Shown here: positions 40,391-53,084 of the stretch, in pieces | Position numbering within the stretch: the first letter of the stretch is position 1 | Layout: each line of letters starts with the position of its first letter | Origin: Magallana gigas | Taxonomy: Eukaryota | NCBI RefSeq assembly: GCF_963853765.1 | Contig: NC_088860.1 | Coordinates: forward strand, 37,262,001 to 37,326,000 | Direction: 5' to 3' | Length of the DNA: 64,000 bases | Notes under the pieces: model-generated | What the model saw: the letters and a program-made list of their open reading frames with translations, nothing else | The model's database searches: none | What the model was told of the DNA's origin: nothing | Program-made: the position numbers and the translations under genes

Positions 40391-43243
40391 ATCAAATTTC
40401 AGAAACTTACCGATGTATAGTTTACTTTATTATAACTCTGAGAATATTTTCTATGTCAAACTACAATGAATAAACATGCTTTTCTCTTTACCGTGAATTA
40501 GTTTCCGTGCTATCTGCCCATGGTGAATAGTCATCGAAACTATTCATCCGCAACATACGATTTCCCTCCTTTTTAAAGTCGGAACATCTCTGACGTAACA
40601 TAATCATTGCATTAAATTCAAAGTCCGATAACTCTATCACCAAAAGATTCTGCATCGCCTACAAATAAAGTTTTCTTCTGTATAATAAAATACATGAACC
40701 TATTCACTGACTATTCGGAAGATTGCAAGTTTATTGTTCCCCTCGACAGCAATTTCTTCCCTCGGCTTCGCCTCATAATATAATTGCTGTCTTGGAGGAA
40801 AAATAAACTTGCTACATCCTTAAACCCATTAAAAAGGTATGTAATGTCCCATCCACCTTCATTTCGAGTTATATAATCTCCCGTTTGCTACCTGTAATTA
40901 CACTATGTAAAGTCAACACAACAGTCATTGACGCAAGATTCACAATTTATTTCTGCTTCCTATGAACTTAACATTAGGGGGCTTCATATTGCATACCGAT
41001 TCCTACAATAGACATCCCTCTAACTAACATTAAAATTTATTTCATGAATCTTAGCAACATTCATCAGCCCTCAAGTACAGCAACTCATTTTTACAAAAAT
41101 ATTAACGGGTACTTTATCCGAAGCTGTACTTTGATACCTTCAACTTAATTAGTACACTTACATTTTATGAAAAGACGTTTTGTCTTAGAATTGAAAAGAT
41201 TATGCAGTTTTGCGAAAAAGTGTACCACAAATTGCCAATTTCATCGAAATTAAAAAAAAACATATATGGCAATTTAAGTGAACCCATCAATTCCACTTCC
41301 CTCTATTCAACACAGATTCATATGTTTCTCATTACTAAAACATCTTTACATGACCTTTTGGAGGCCAATTGTTGTTCAGCCTCCTTTAATAAGAAACCTA
41401 ATTCAATACAACATAAATCTACATTAACAATATCTTGATAAAAGCATCACATCACTTTTAAATGTCTTTACATATATACCCTCCCCTATCTGTTAATTTT
41501 CATAAAAAGTCATGGTTTAAAATCTTTAACCTAATTTTATGAAACTTGTGGCAATTTTTTTGAGTCATTTCTCAAACATATTTGAAAACAATCATTAATG
41601 ATACTAAAATTTTATATTTGTTTGTTTATTGAAAGATTTGTAACTTTTAATTAACAAATATTCCGGCATGTAATTTCTTGTTTCATAAAAAAAGAAAGCT
41701 AACAATCATATTAAGTGAATATCTAATCTATTCTGTTTTCTAGTTTCCTTTAACCATGCCAAAACAGTAAGACCTTCAAATTAGACATCCGCCTTAACTT
41801 AAAATTAAATTCAAACACAACCGGGTAGCTGGAGACGGAGGAGAATTCCATGTAAAATAATCAAATTTTACATATTTACCTACATTTGTTTATGCATATA
41901 TACATTAAAACGGTAAAAAATATTGTATTTTGTTCATTTCAAAAATTATAGCAGATGTTATTTCAAGATCAAATGTACATTAACATATCCTACATGTAAT
42001 CTTAATGGTAGCAATAAAAAAGAGGAGGGTGATTTTTAATTTTGTAAACACATCTAAATATCATTATAAAATACAAAAAAAGGAAACATAATTGCATGCT
42101 TTTATTGAAAAACGAATTTTCACAACTAACAATTGTAAATTTATTTAATCAGCCTTAATTTTGGTTTTCATAATTTCTTATCAAACACAAACCACAACAA
42201 GGCATGATGCTTTCTTCAAGTTATATTATTGTTCACGCATTATCTGGTTTAATTTGAATTACCGACAAACAGTTTGTAGTAAACAAGGACTATGCATGTC
42301 GGTAGAGGAGTACAGGTTAACCTCAAGAGCTGAAACCACAAGATTCAACAGGTAAAGCCATGTGGTCGCCTTGTAGTAACAAGAGTCCGTTTTGACCTGA
42401 AATCCTAAACCTAAAATCAATTAGCTGTGTTAGAGGGCGAACCCCCTCACGGGCCCGAAAGGCCTGTGAGAGCGAAGCTAACCCTAAAGACAACACGTGT
42501 ATATATCTCTAAAGTAGAAATTACACTCTATACCTATGAAGTTAAAAAAAACTTTTCCAAGATGGAGGAGAAAAAGAATAATTTCATGCGCAGAGACATC
42601 GCCGGTTAAATTTGCATCTCGTACTTACTTATATTTGGTGATAACTTGTCAATATTGTTTAATGAGTAATAAATACATTCAAACATACCGTGTTTGTTCT
42701 TGAAAAATTAATCCTTAATAAAGGAAACGAATTTTCCTTTCCTACAACTTTCAACAGTTGCATTAGATCCGATCAAATGAATTTCATCTGATTGGATAAA
42801 AGATGTGTTTTAACAGTAAAGCAGTTTTTTTCACCCTTTTAAAAATAATATCAGGCTTTTTATTTGAATTTACCTTCTCATTATCTTTCTAAATCAATAA
42901 AGGCCATTTTTTCCTTCTTTCCCAGGTCAATTCGTACCCAGAATTACATTTTTCTTCAAAAGCCAAAAAATAAGGTGTTACAATCAATAACTAATTCAAT
43001 AAAAACATAAGATTATCAAGTCTTAAATTGCAGACACCCTAGTCTTTAATAAACACATTGTAAAACATTTCGCCATTCCAAATCACCCTCTACCCCCCCC
43101 CCCCCCCCCTTAACCATGTGTGAACCAATTACATATGATTACTTAATACAATAAATTATGTTTAGATTATTCCAAATCTACCTATTTTTAGCATATATGT
43201 GTATTTTTTATAAAAACCATCAGATTGTGATGAGAAACAGTAC

Positions 43244-43443
43244 CTTGAGACAGACTACACTCAGGGTTTGAACAAATTAAACAAGGGTCCAATGCTCTTG
43301 GACCACCAGCAATGAGATTAGAGTCCAAACAAAACAAACATTAATCCGGGTATGAGATGACCAGCCAGAGAAGATTTTTGGCTTCGACCTCCAAACGAGT
43401 TTGTTTAACTTGTAGTGCGACAGTCAATATTTCATTTCGTAAC
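43244..43443 (-). pseudogene. TMEM45-like (DUF716) first coding exon remnant
   Basis: AG/GT-bounded segment translating SSLAGHLIPGLMFVLFGL*SHCWW, resembling the TMEM45 N-terminal GHxxPGxxFxxxGxWW motif. No ATG in frame, and an in-frame stop. A possible second exon remnant (HMALPVES) lies near 42330-42405. Confidence 0.45.
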
Positions 43444-46400
43444 CTCAAAAGGAATATTACCCATCCTAACAGTGCCAAAGTTTAAGCTTCTGCTATAATA
43501 CCATGTTTTATCAATTCTACTGTTTTTTGCGAATAAATTAAGCGAGAGTTTTTTCTTTTTTTTAATACATGTTTTAAAAACAATATCATGTATAATGTAT
43601 AATATAAATTATATTATCACTGTGCAAAATAAACAAATATATTTATACCTTTTGTGATGTTATCATATCACAATATTACCACGGAAAAATACCGTTACAT
43701 TTCATTTCACTTAAAAAGCAATACTGGCAAGCTTTTTGCAGATTCTCACACACTGGTAGCTCTCCCCTGTCTCTTTACCCTTTATCATTAGCCATTATCA
43801 AACATCGTGATACAGCAGTGTGTGGAGCAGGTTAAAGCCCCAAACAGCGACTAGACGTACCTCATTGACACCAAGGCCGACGAGGTTATGGAAACTAAAG
43901 CGATATTACGTAATTTGAAGGTTTTGTACTCTAGGCTATTTAAAAAAAACCCAGTAGCTTGCCTTGTTTTAGGAATTGTTATTTCTAGGATCTTATTCTC
44001 GAAAGCTTATCCTATTTATTGTTTTTCCCCTCGGTGATCGCACATGCCCTTATATATCCAATAAAGCCACACTACAAATAGCGGCAGTTAACTATCCTAT
44101 ATATGATTTAGTGCAGACAGAGGTTGACACTCTCAAGTAATCTAAAATATTTGGGTATCGATTATTATGTTTATTTACTTAGATTTTCTCTTGAATCACT
44201 CCCAAAACCTTTTGACCAAGAAGTCTTTGAGCTACAGCTTTACAATTATATATCAAACTTTGGAAAATAAGCCATTCCGGATATCTGAGTTTTTGTTATT
44301 AAATCTTCCAAACACTTTGGAGACATAGAGGCTATAAATTAAAGTCCTCTCTGTTGACTAATAATACTTCAGAAAATTGAACGAGCCTTTGTAAGCATCA
44401 CCATTTTCGTCGTAGCAGCAGCAGAGACCAGAATTTTTAATCAATGCTACAGTCAATTATTGAACCTTTTCTTGCGGTAGTCTACAACCGTATCTATTGT
44501 CTATTTCTTATTAAAAAAACAACTTCTGTTCAGAGTGCATTCATTTGAGTCCGAAAAAGAAATCATTAAAAAAAAATCAAAATATCCTATTCCTATCTGT
44601 CCATGCCATTTCCAATTTAAACAATGTTGCCAATTTTTTAAAACAAGATGCTGTCATTAGACAGTAATACCCGCACCAAGTGTTTCCCCCTCAATAAAAC
44701 TGTTTTGTAACAGTTTAGGTAAAAATGAAGGCAACATGTAATTTTTGGTAATTTTTAAAATTGATGATTTTCATAAAGGAGGAGGTCCCATCCCACAATA
44801 TACAAAATAACAAAAACGATTCCCCTTTGGTCTAGTACACTCACCCATTTACTGATTCTGAGGTAAAAAGAGGAAGGGATAACCTGGTCCAGGATACATG
44901 CGCTACAGTCCTGCCAATGGTGACCTTTAATATTAATGTCCCCATGTTTTTGGCCATGTTTTAATTCTAACTTCTTTAGCCAACTCACATTTAGACTCTC
45001 AATAATAATGCTCTTTGAAATGCTTCTTCACAGCTGTAGATAAAACATCTGCACCCCGCCCTCCTGATACAGTTAAACACAAATTCGCCATATTAATTTT
45101 TCCCTGTAAACGCCCACACTGTCTTTACCTCATATACCCCCAACTCCTTACGACGCACTTTAAGAGCTAAACTAGCTATTTCGTCTACAGTTATTAACAG
45201 TACTAACTCTTAAGGATCATGCTATGTGGCCAAAATCGTCACCTTTTCTTTCGTCTTTCCCTCATACTCCTTTCCAGCCAGAGGGATTGCTTCATCACGT
45301 CCTCTATTTTCCTTCTTCTTTATTTCTTCTTCCTTACCACATCAGGCTACAAATATCTGCAATAATTAAACAACCTAAAATCTTTTTTACCATTTAAATT
45401 TTTGTAATAACAAGATATGTCATTAATTTACCTCATTTGGGCTAACTTTTCCATAATTAATTACCCATCGAAATAACCTTATTTAACAAAATTCAACAAG
45501 GTCATTAAAAGTATTTGGACATGATAATGATGACATACATCAACCTGCTAACATTGCCACATTAGAAATGCCAGATAGGTATCCCAAATACAACACTATA
45601 TCTTCTTGAATGTATATACACACTAAATCTGCATGGTAGGCTAGTTGTATATGATATATATCTGAAACTGCCATCAACAGCTATTCACACTCGCATGCAT
45701 TTAAAGTGTTATTATGAATTTTACCTGCCAATTCCAAAATAACATGAAGTGGCACTACCGTAATTAGCACCACTGCTCTCTTGATCTCCTTTCCATTTAA
45801 GCTCTCCTTTTTTCTCATCGATCCTCTCGAATTCCATTAAATTTCTCACATCACTCTCCTTCATCTTCCGTATCACTGGGAAGAGGGATTATCCTTTGAT
45901 GAATGTATACTATAAACCTACTATATTTAGCTTGTACGATATTTGGCGAAAAGTGATCTTTCAACAAGTCAACGTGGAATTGATTAAGCGCATTTCTGAA
46001 GGTACCTATTTATCTACTAAAGTATTTCGCATTTGGCGATGAACTTTATTTAGCGTACCATATTTTCCGCCAAAAACGCCAAATAGAATACACAGCCAGT
46101 TGTAATACGTTTACAGTTATACTCAACTTTACATGTTGAACTATGACTACAGAAAAGGGAACTTATTACATGTAGAAATTTCCCTTCAAACGTAATCAAA
46201 TACAAATACATGCAGTCTGTTCTATCTTCAATGGTGTGACGTTACACCCATATGTCTTGACCCATACACATTTCCAGTTACATATAATATTTAAAAAACG
46301 CAAGCAGTTTAACGTTCGAAAATCCATGGAAAATTACTGTTTTGAAACCAACAGATGCAAATTCTATAAAACTACCATTCCAATACAAACTTTACTTTAT

Positions 46401-48517
46401 TAATATAGGACAAGAGATCCTGTAACAAAATATACACAGTATTTAGTCATATCAATATCACAAAAGATACTACCCTGCATGATCATAATCCATAAACGTC
46501 AATTCAATAGCAAGATATCAAACAGTCTCTGCTTACCAAATATATCCTAGAGAAATCCAACAGTCTCATATCAATAAATATATCGATTCCAACAACAATT
46601 ACATGCACATTACATTAGAGACATGAATTACCCGTCTTCAGCTTGTCGGGCGTTGTCTCTCAAACAACCTAAAAGATAATGATACACATGTATACACGGC
46701 CTCACTATATCCCCGAAAATTAAACTTAAATCTACACTGTCTGAAATTGCTTCCACACTACACTCTGTCCCAAGATATCCTCGATTGCTTAATTACTCTA
46801 TACTTAAGTTAGGGATAACCTATTATTTTTTGATTAATAAGAGCATGGACGGATTATCTTTATTTAGAATAGTATGATGTCGCTTCGTTACAGTTTTTCA
46901 AATCCTAAATTTGATTGGTGAATTTATTTTTGAATCTTAAAATTCGAATCTTTCCCAAACAAAAACTTTTTTAAAGAAATCATATCAAAATCACTTAAAA
47001 GTCATATCAAACTCACAAATTCATGATTTTGTTCTATAATTTAGATATGATCCAATAAATGAATCATACCCAAATCATAGATGACAAATAAGGAAGTATG
47101 ATCCTGATGTGGTTTGTTTCTTGGTTTTGAGTCTGCTATGATTTTCTTGTGATTCTGGTATGTGCTATTATCTTAGAAGGCAACAGTGCATGCGTTTGAA
47201 ATGATTCGTTAATTGCCAGATAAACTGACCACTTAGAATTAAGATTTCTGCATAACAGGAAGTTGAGTTGCAAATTTGAATGTTCATCTTGGAGCCTAAA
47301 TGTGATGTACATGTCAGGAAAATTTGTTATTGTTGGGCATCTTGCTCTATCCTGGCATATTTATAAAGTGAATTTATGGAAGTATTTTGGGAGAATATAT
47401 TCTTATTCACTTGAGGTAAATAATATTTTATAAAGACTAATTTACAATACACTATCACGTGATTTATTAAGTGAAGCAAGCAACTAATGCATGGATGTAC
47501 ATGTATCATTAGTTCAGACCGGGAGCTACAGACCTGCAGCAAGGTTTTGAAATGCATACGCAATATTTTAATTTTTACAATTCATGTAATAATTGCTAGA
47601 AGAGTTTGAAATAACAGTATAATTATCATCTAAATCATGGAAGACTCTGATCCTGTGTTGTAATTCAGATTATATTGGCTTAACAATACAGTTCGTGTGA
47701 CATATATGTATACTATTTTTCATATTTGGTAATTGACAATGTATTTCAAATATAATGGCTTCAATGTCATCAGGATATCTTAATTTTTCGGGGCAGCAAC
47801 TCGAATGAGATGAGTTTTGCATTTAAGTAATTTTAATGCTTTATATCCATTCTTTCAATTTTATTTTGCATTTATTTATCATTGGCACCACATAAAAGAT
47901 CCAATAATGTGGCTTGTCTTAAACCTCTCAAAAAGTGTAAATATTTTACACACATAATCAACCATTATATACCTTTTTTTCATTGCCGCCACAATTTTAT
48001 TTCTAACATTTATGTTCCTAAGTATGCACACACCTTTTGACCTAGTTCTGTATGCAATAAATTCCTTGTAAATAATTGAGGAACCCACAACCGAGATACA
48101 TGTATCAAACTCTAAAATGATAGTTTTACAGCTAGATTGTAAATTTGAAAAAAACAAGTAATACAAAATATTTAATTCTGATTGATAGCTTGTAAGACAA
48201 AGACAAAGGTTTCCACAACTTAGCCACATTAATGGCTGCACCTTTTCTAGATGAATGAGACTTAAACATAGTGCTATGTGCCCCCATTCATTTTGATGAC
48301 CCCCCCCCCCCTCCGAAAGTAACAAAATAAACAGGTCGTTTTATCGGTCATAGAACTAAGTCAATGATGACTTCAATCGAGACAGTTGATAAACTTGTTT
48401 TATCATCTTGTTTGTCAGTAGCTTGCCTCGTTTTATAAATTGTTATTTCGGGTTCTTATACTCTAAAGCAAAGCTTATTTATTGTTGTCTCCTCTAGGTG
48501 GTCTCACATGCCCTTAA

Positions 48518-48557
48518 AGGGGCATGGTCACAATTTTGGTCAAATTTTATTTTTCTG

Positions 48558-48594
<37 letters not shown>

Positions 48595-50500
48595 ATTCTG
48601 ATCACATTTTTTCCGTCGTCCGTCTGTCCGTCTGTAAACTTTTCATATTTTGAACTTCTTCTCTAAAACCACTTAACCAGATTCAACCAAATTTGGCTCA
48701 AAGCATTCTTTTGGAAAGATGAATATAAATTGCAGAAATGAAAGAAAAATTTTCATTTTCATTGCAAAATGTTTTGTTGAGATGCTCGGCATTTTCTCGA
48801 GTTTATTCAGTTTAAATAGAGTTTAATATCGCTGACGGAAATATGTGGGTATATACATGTATATGATTCATTTTGAAAAATAAATTGTGTTCTTTATTTG
48901 TTATAGTGCATGTTTCTTGTGTTTAATTGTTTACAATTTCTATTTACTTACCATATTTGAGTGTTAAGCTTCGAATTATAAGCAAGATACAGAGATTTGC
49001 TCACAATTTTATGTTTGTACACAGATTCATTTTTTTCCATTTTAAATGCCGAATAGGACATACCGAGTTAAAAATCTTAAGCTGAATGTAATAAACTCAT
49101 GTGAACAAAATATGACTTTAACAAGCAAAATTTTGAGCTCATCTTGCTTATAATTCTACGATTGACGCTGAAATTTTGGTTGATTATTAGAAATTCTATA
49201 TGAATTATAATGTGAAATGTGAGGAAATAAAAACGACATCGTTAAAACAGTTTCCATAGTTCTGACACATTTCTGTTGCGGGGATAAAAAAAATTATCGC
49301 TATTCCCAAGAAAATATTACAGCGGAAAATTATCCTGGTTTGTAGCCATTTGTTATTTTTAATTAAAAATGAAAATAATGGGTGGGCCATAGTAAATTAG
49401 AGTGATGTGCCTGTCAATACGGTAACATTGATTTTTATAGCTCTTTAACATGTCACGTGACAAAATTTTTCATTCCAGTGTATTCATCAATCAAGTGTCA
49501 GTAAAGTTATAAAAGTCACGAGTTTACGCGAGGTAAACAATAGTCATTTAATTATAATGGAGAAGACAAATTAAATTGTTGATTATTTTTAATTTGAGAA
49601 ATTGACCGCATTGAGATGCAATTTTTTGTTCTTTTCATATATTCATGTAGGATTTCTTTGATAAAATACAATAACTATTATATTTTAAAAAAATACAATA
49701 ACTAGTAAGTAGTTGGGGAAGAAAATGTACCTATATGCTCTCATATATTTTGATCGCTTTATTAAGTGGGGGAGGGGGGCAGAACGAAAATACAGGGAAT
49801 TAGAAGTTATATAACAGTGTACCCCTACCAAATATTTAGTTCTATATCTTGCGTAGGATATTCTTATTCTGTGTAAAAACAGTATTTCATGAAGGTACAA
49901 TGTCAAAGATTACGTGTATGAAAAAATAAGTGTAAAATTCGAATACTTTACAATATTTATTTTTTTGCCATTCTACCGAGGGCCATATGGCACAATATCT
50001 TTTGAACGCCCATTGTTGCTCAGGTGAGCGATGTGGCCCCATGGGCCTCTTGTATTATTAACAATACTTAATGAATGCATTTTAAATGATCAAATGAAAT
50101 TTGGGTGCCCGTCGATGAGTTTTAAGCAAGATACAGGGCTCACAATTCTTTGTCATGTAAACAAGGCTCGTGCCCTGTTTTTGTTTACATATGTTCAATA
50201 TAACAGTAAAAAATCTTTTTCAAGATGATTTGTCTATATTCTTATTCTTTTTAAGCATAAACAAACAGTTCCTACCGATTAACACATTCATTTTAAGTCT
50301 AAAACTGGAACTTTCACTTCAACATTCAAAATGTAAACAAAAGCTTTGTTTACATAGCGAGGAATTGTAAGCTGTGTAACTCGCTTATAACTCAAAAAAT
50401 GGCATTCAAATTCTGATTGCCTTTTAAAAATGCCTTACTGAAGCATTATAAAGATAGAAATCGTAAAAAAAAATTTTGACCAAAATCGTGACCATGCTCC
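48518..50500. mobile_element. Kolobok-like non-autonomous element with nested Helentron
   Basis: TTAA|AGGGGCATGGTCACAATTTTGGTCAAA ... TTTTGACCAAAATCGTGACCATGCTCC|TTAA. The flanks join up in the paralogous empty site at ~44050. Confidence 0.8.
48564..50053 (+). mobile_element. Helentron/Pearl-like element nested in the Kolobok-like element
   Basis: Starts TTTTAGCTCACCTGAGCTGAAAGCTCAAGTGAGCT with a CCGT/CTGT microsatellite; ends CTCAGGTGAGCGATGTGGCCCCATGGGCCTCTTG. Same family as 37108-38297. Confidence 0.8.
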
Positions 50501-50884
50501 TTAACACATTCAAAAGATACTATGCAAATAACTGCAATTAACTTTGCTTTGTGGGATTTAGTGCAGACAGAGGAAGATACTCTCAAGAAGTAATCAAAAA
50601 TGTTTGGGTTATCGATTACCTTATGACAAAGAAGTTTATTTTGAGTTACATTTTTACAAGGCTATCAATAAAAATATGTATACTTCCCCTAATCCGACCC
50701 TAAATTTTGAAGTTGGGTAGGTAGGTAAGTAAAATTTTTTTTTCTGCCATGGTAAAATATAGAATATATTATAAAATAAATCAATTTTTTATTTGATTAC
50801 AAAACTAAAAAAAAAGTTTGACCAGTTGTAAAACAAAATGATATACTTGTATATAATGATATAACTTGATGGAATGTTAAACAA

Positions 50885-51437
50885 AGGACTATGTGCGGTA
50901 TGGTCAAATATCTTCCTCCAATTCTAACCAATTTTTAAATAGTACTGTATAAAAATCAAAATCTTCATAAATCATTGTATAGAAGACGCCTATCACTTTA
51001 ATCTTGATTTTAGTCATAATTGCTCAATCGCTGTTTATCTATGACGTCATCTAAATGACCTAATTCCTGCAAATTTGCAAACAAATGAAAATATTCTCAT
51101 TTTTGCTTTAGATTTGGGATTCGGAAGTATAGAGCGCAGGTCTGCTCAAGTACGATTTTAACATATATTTGTTTTCAGGTAATTATACACATTATATTAA
51201 AAAATGGTACTTGAGCAAGCATGCGCTCGTTGTTTCCCAGTCGAAAACCCATCAGAAAACACCCATATTTTGCTACAAAACATCAATTGTTCAAAATAAG
51301 ACAATCTTTATGACGTCATTACTACATAATACACAATTATTTTCAATATGATTTTAACTATCTTCCACCTTATGTTGAAAGCTCTTTTTAAAACTTTAAT
51401 TTTGGGGGCAAAAATGCATAAAACCGCACATAGTCCT
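50885..51437. mobile_element. Kolobok-like non-autonomous element
   Basis: TIRs AGGACTATGTGCGGT / ACCGCACATAGTCCT, right flank TTAA (left flank mutated), internal TGACGTCA motifs. Confidence 0.7.
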
Positions 51438-52215
51438 TTAATGTCGAATTCACCATTTGGTATTGTTAATCTTATATTTAAACATGTTTGATTCAATGAT
51501 TACATGTGCATGAATACATTAATTCATTATCATTTGTATGTTGATGTACATGTAAGCATATATTTGAATATCATTTTAATGATCATAATGTACCTACTTT
51601 AAGTGTCAATTAATTTTTTAAAATTTCGTTTATAAAATGTCTACAAGTACATTAAAACAATAATATGAGAAACTTAAAGTGGTGTAATAAATGTAGATAT
51701 TTGTAAATCATATTTAATAATTCTACAATAATAAGGTTACACGAAATCACTATATTTTCAGAGAATTTCCTTTTCGACAAAAAAAAATTAACCCATATTT
51801 GAAACATAATGCTAGCTAGGAAGAAAAAAGAAAAAAGAAATTTAAATGATAAAGATTTTTGTAAATTTACCCAATTTCACTTTAAATATAGTCATTACCA
51901 AGCCAACTCTTTTGTTTCTGTTGAATTGAAATTTAACGAAGTTAAGAGAACTGTTTAAATTTTCCAAAACAAAGAGTTTTTTACTTCACAAGTACCAACC
52001 TAAATTTGGGGAGATTGTTTCTCCCTAACAGAAATGTAGGGAAACTGTCAATATTTATGATACAGCATAATCTACAGGAATGATAATATACACAGTTTTA
52101 ACCTTATAATTAATATTCCAACCCATATTTGAAACATAATGCTAGCTAGGAAGAAAAAAGAAAAAAGAAATTTAAATGATAAAGATTTTTGTAAATTTAC
52201 CCAATTTCACTTTAA

Positions 52216-53084
52216 AGGGAAAGGTCAGGCAAAAGTAAAGAAGAGTTGAAATATTTATATTTACCATAAAAATAATGTCAACCACTAAATTCTTCTTAAC
52301 ATGATCATAATTCAGCAACAATCACTGATTGAATATCAAAGTTTGACAAAGTCATGGGAGCTGCCATTTTGATGCTCTCCACTATTTAGAGTTAAATATG
52401 TTGTGGCTTATCATCGGGTTTTATCCCAGCATCCCGATAACTTCCAAATGTTCTGTGATGTCAGCATACCCCATTCATAGTTCTTATCAGTTCACATGTG
52501 TGGTCAGTGTCTAGGGAAGTTACACATCCTTGTTGTTTCTTAAACATCATAAATTGAATAATAGTAATGGAAAGAGGATTAAGAATTAGAAGATCAAATT
52601 GGTCATGGTCAGTTATACAACCTATCTCTCCCATATTTTGTATTGTTACAGTATAATCGCATTGTTTACAACACATGCATTCCTCGGCAGTGGGCATGAC
52701 CTTAAACTGTCTACAGGAACACCATTCCTCTAATGTTGGAATAATTGGACGTAATGATTTATTATCGGCAGGGAGATTTTCAACTTTTTCAGTATATTCA
52801 GGTTTAAATGCATAAGGTACTCTCCCAAATGTATTTTCTTGCGCCATTCTTGCAGAGTTAAGTTATACAATTAGTGGGTCAGTTTATCGAAGTGGTATGC
52901 TGACGTCACAGAGATGCTATCATGGCAGCCTCCATGCGTTTGAAGGAGATTTAACACTGACCAGATAACTAAACCAAGTTTTATGGCTTAAGATGAGATC
53001 ATGAGATAAAGTTTATGGTGGATGTTTTAAACAAACTTTTGTTTATCTATTTCACTAGAGATGTGCTATACCTGACCTTTCCCT
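52216..53084. mobile_element. Kolobok-type element (869 bp) with perfect TIRs and TTAA target-site duplication
   Basis: TTAA|AGGGAAAGGTCAGG ... CCTGACCTTTCCCT|TTAA. The empty site CCAATTTCACTTTAAATATAG is present in the adjacent duplicate at ~51881. Confidence 0.9.
52461..52847 (-). CDS. P2X7 C-terminal ballast-like (Zn-binding Cys-rich) ORF inside the Kolobok-type element, probably a truncated accessory gene
   Basis: WCSCRQFKVMPTAEECMCCKQ...CITDHDQFDLLILNP matches the WCxCxxCxxMPTxxExxCC...CITxHxxF pattern of P2X7-like ballast domains. The C-terminus appears degenerate. Confidence 0.62.
   Translation of the reverse strand: MAQENTFGRVPYAFKPEYTEKVENLPADNKSLRPIIPTLEEWCSCRQFKVMPTAEECMCCKQCDYTVTIQNMGEIGCITDHDQFDLLILNPLSITIIQFMMFKKQQGCVTSLDTDHTCELIRTMNGVC

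Noticed and set aside
45718-45915. Purine-rich minus-strand stretch with a good GT donor (IRKMKESDVRNLMEFERIDEKKGELKWKG...)
   Set aside because: No recognisable homology and no phase-compatible neighbouring exons found.
47879-48325. Longest ORF in the track (148 aa)
   Set aside because: Rare start in a poly-C run, AT-rich composition, no recognisable motif; likely chance.
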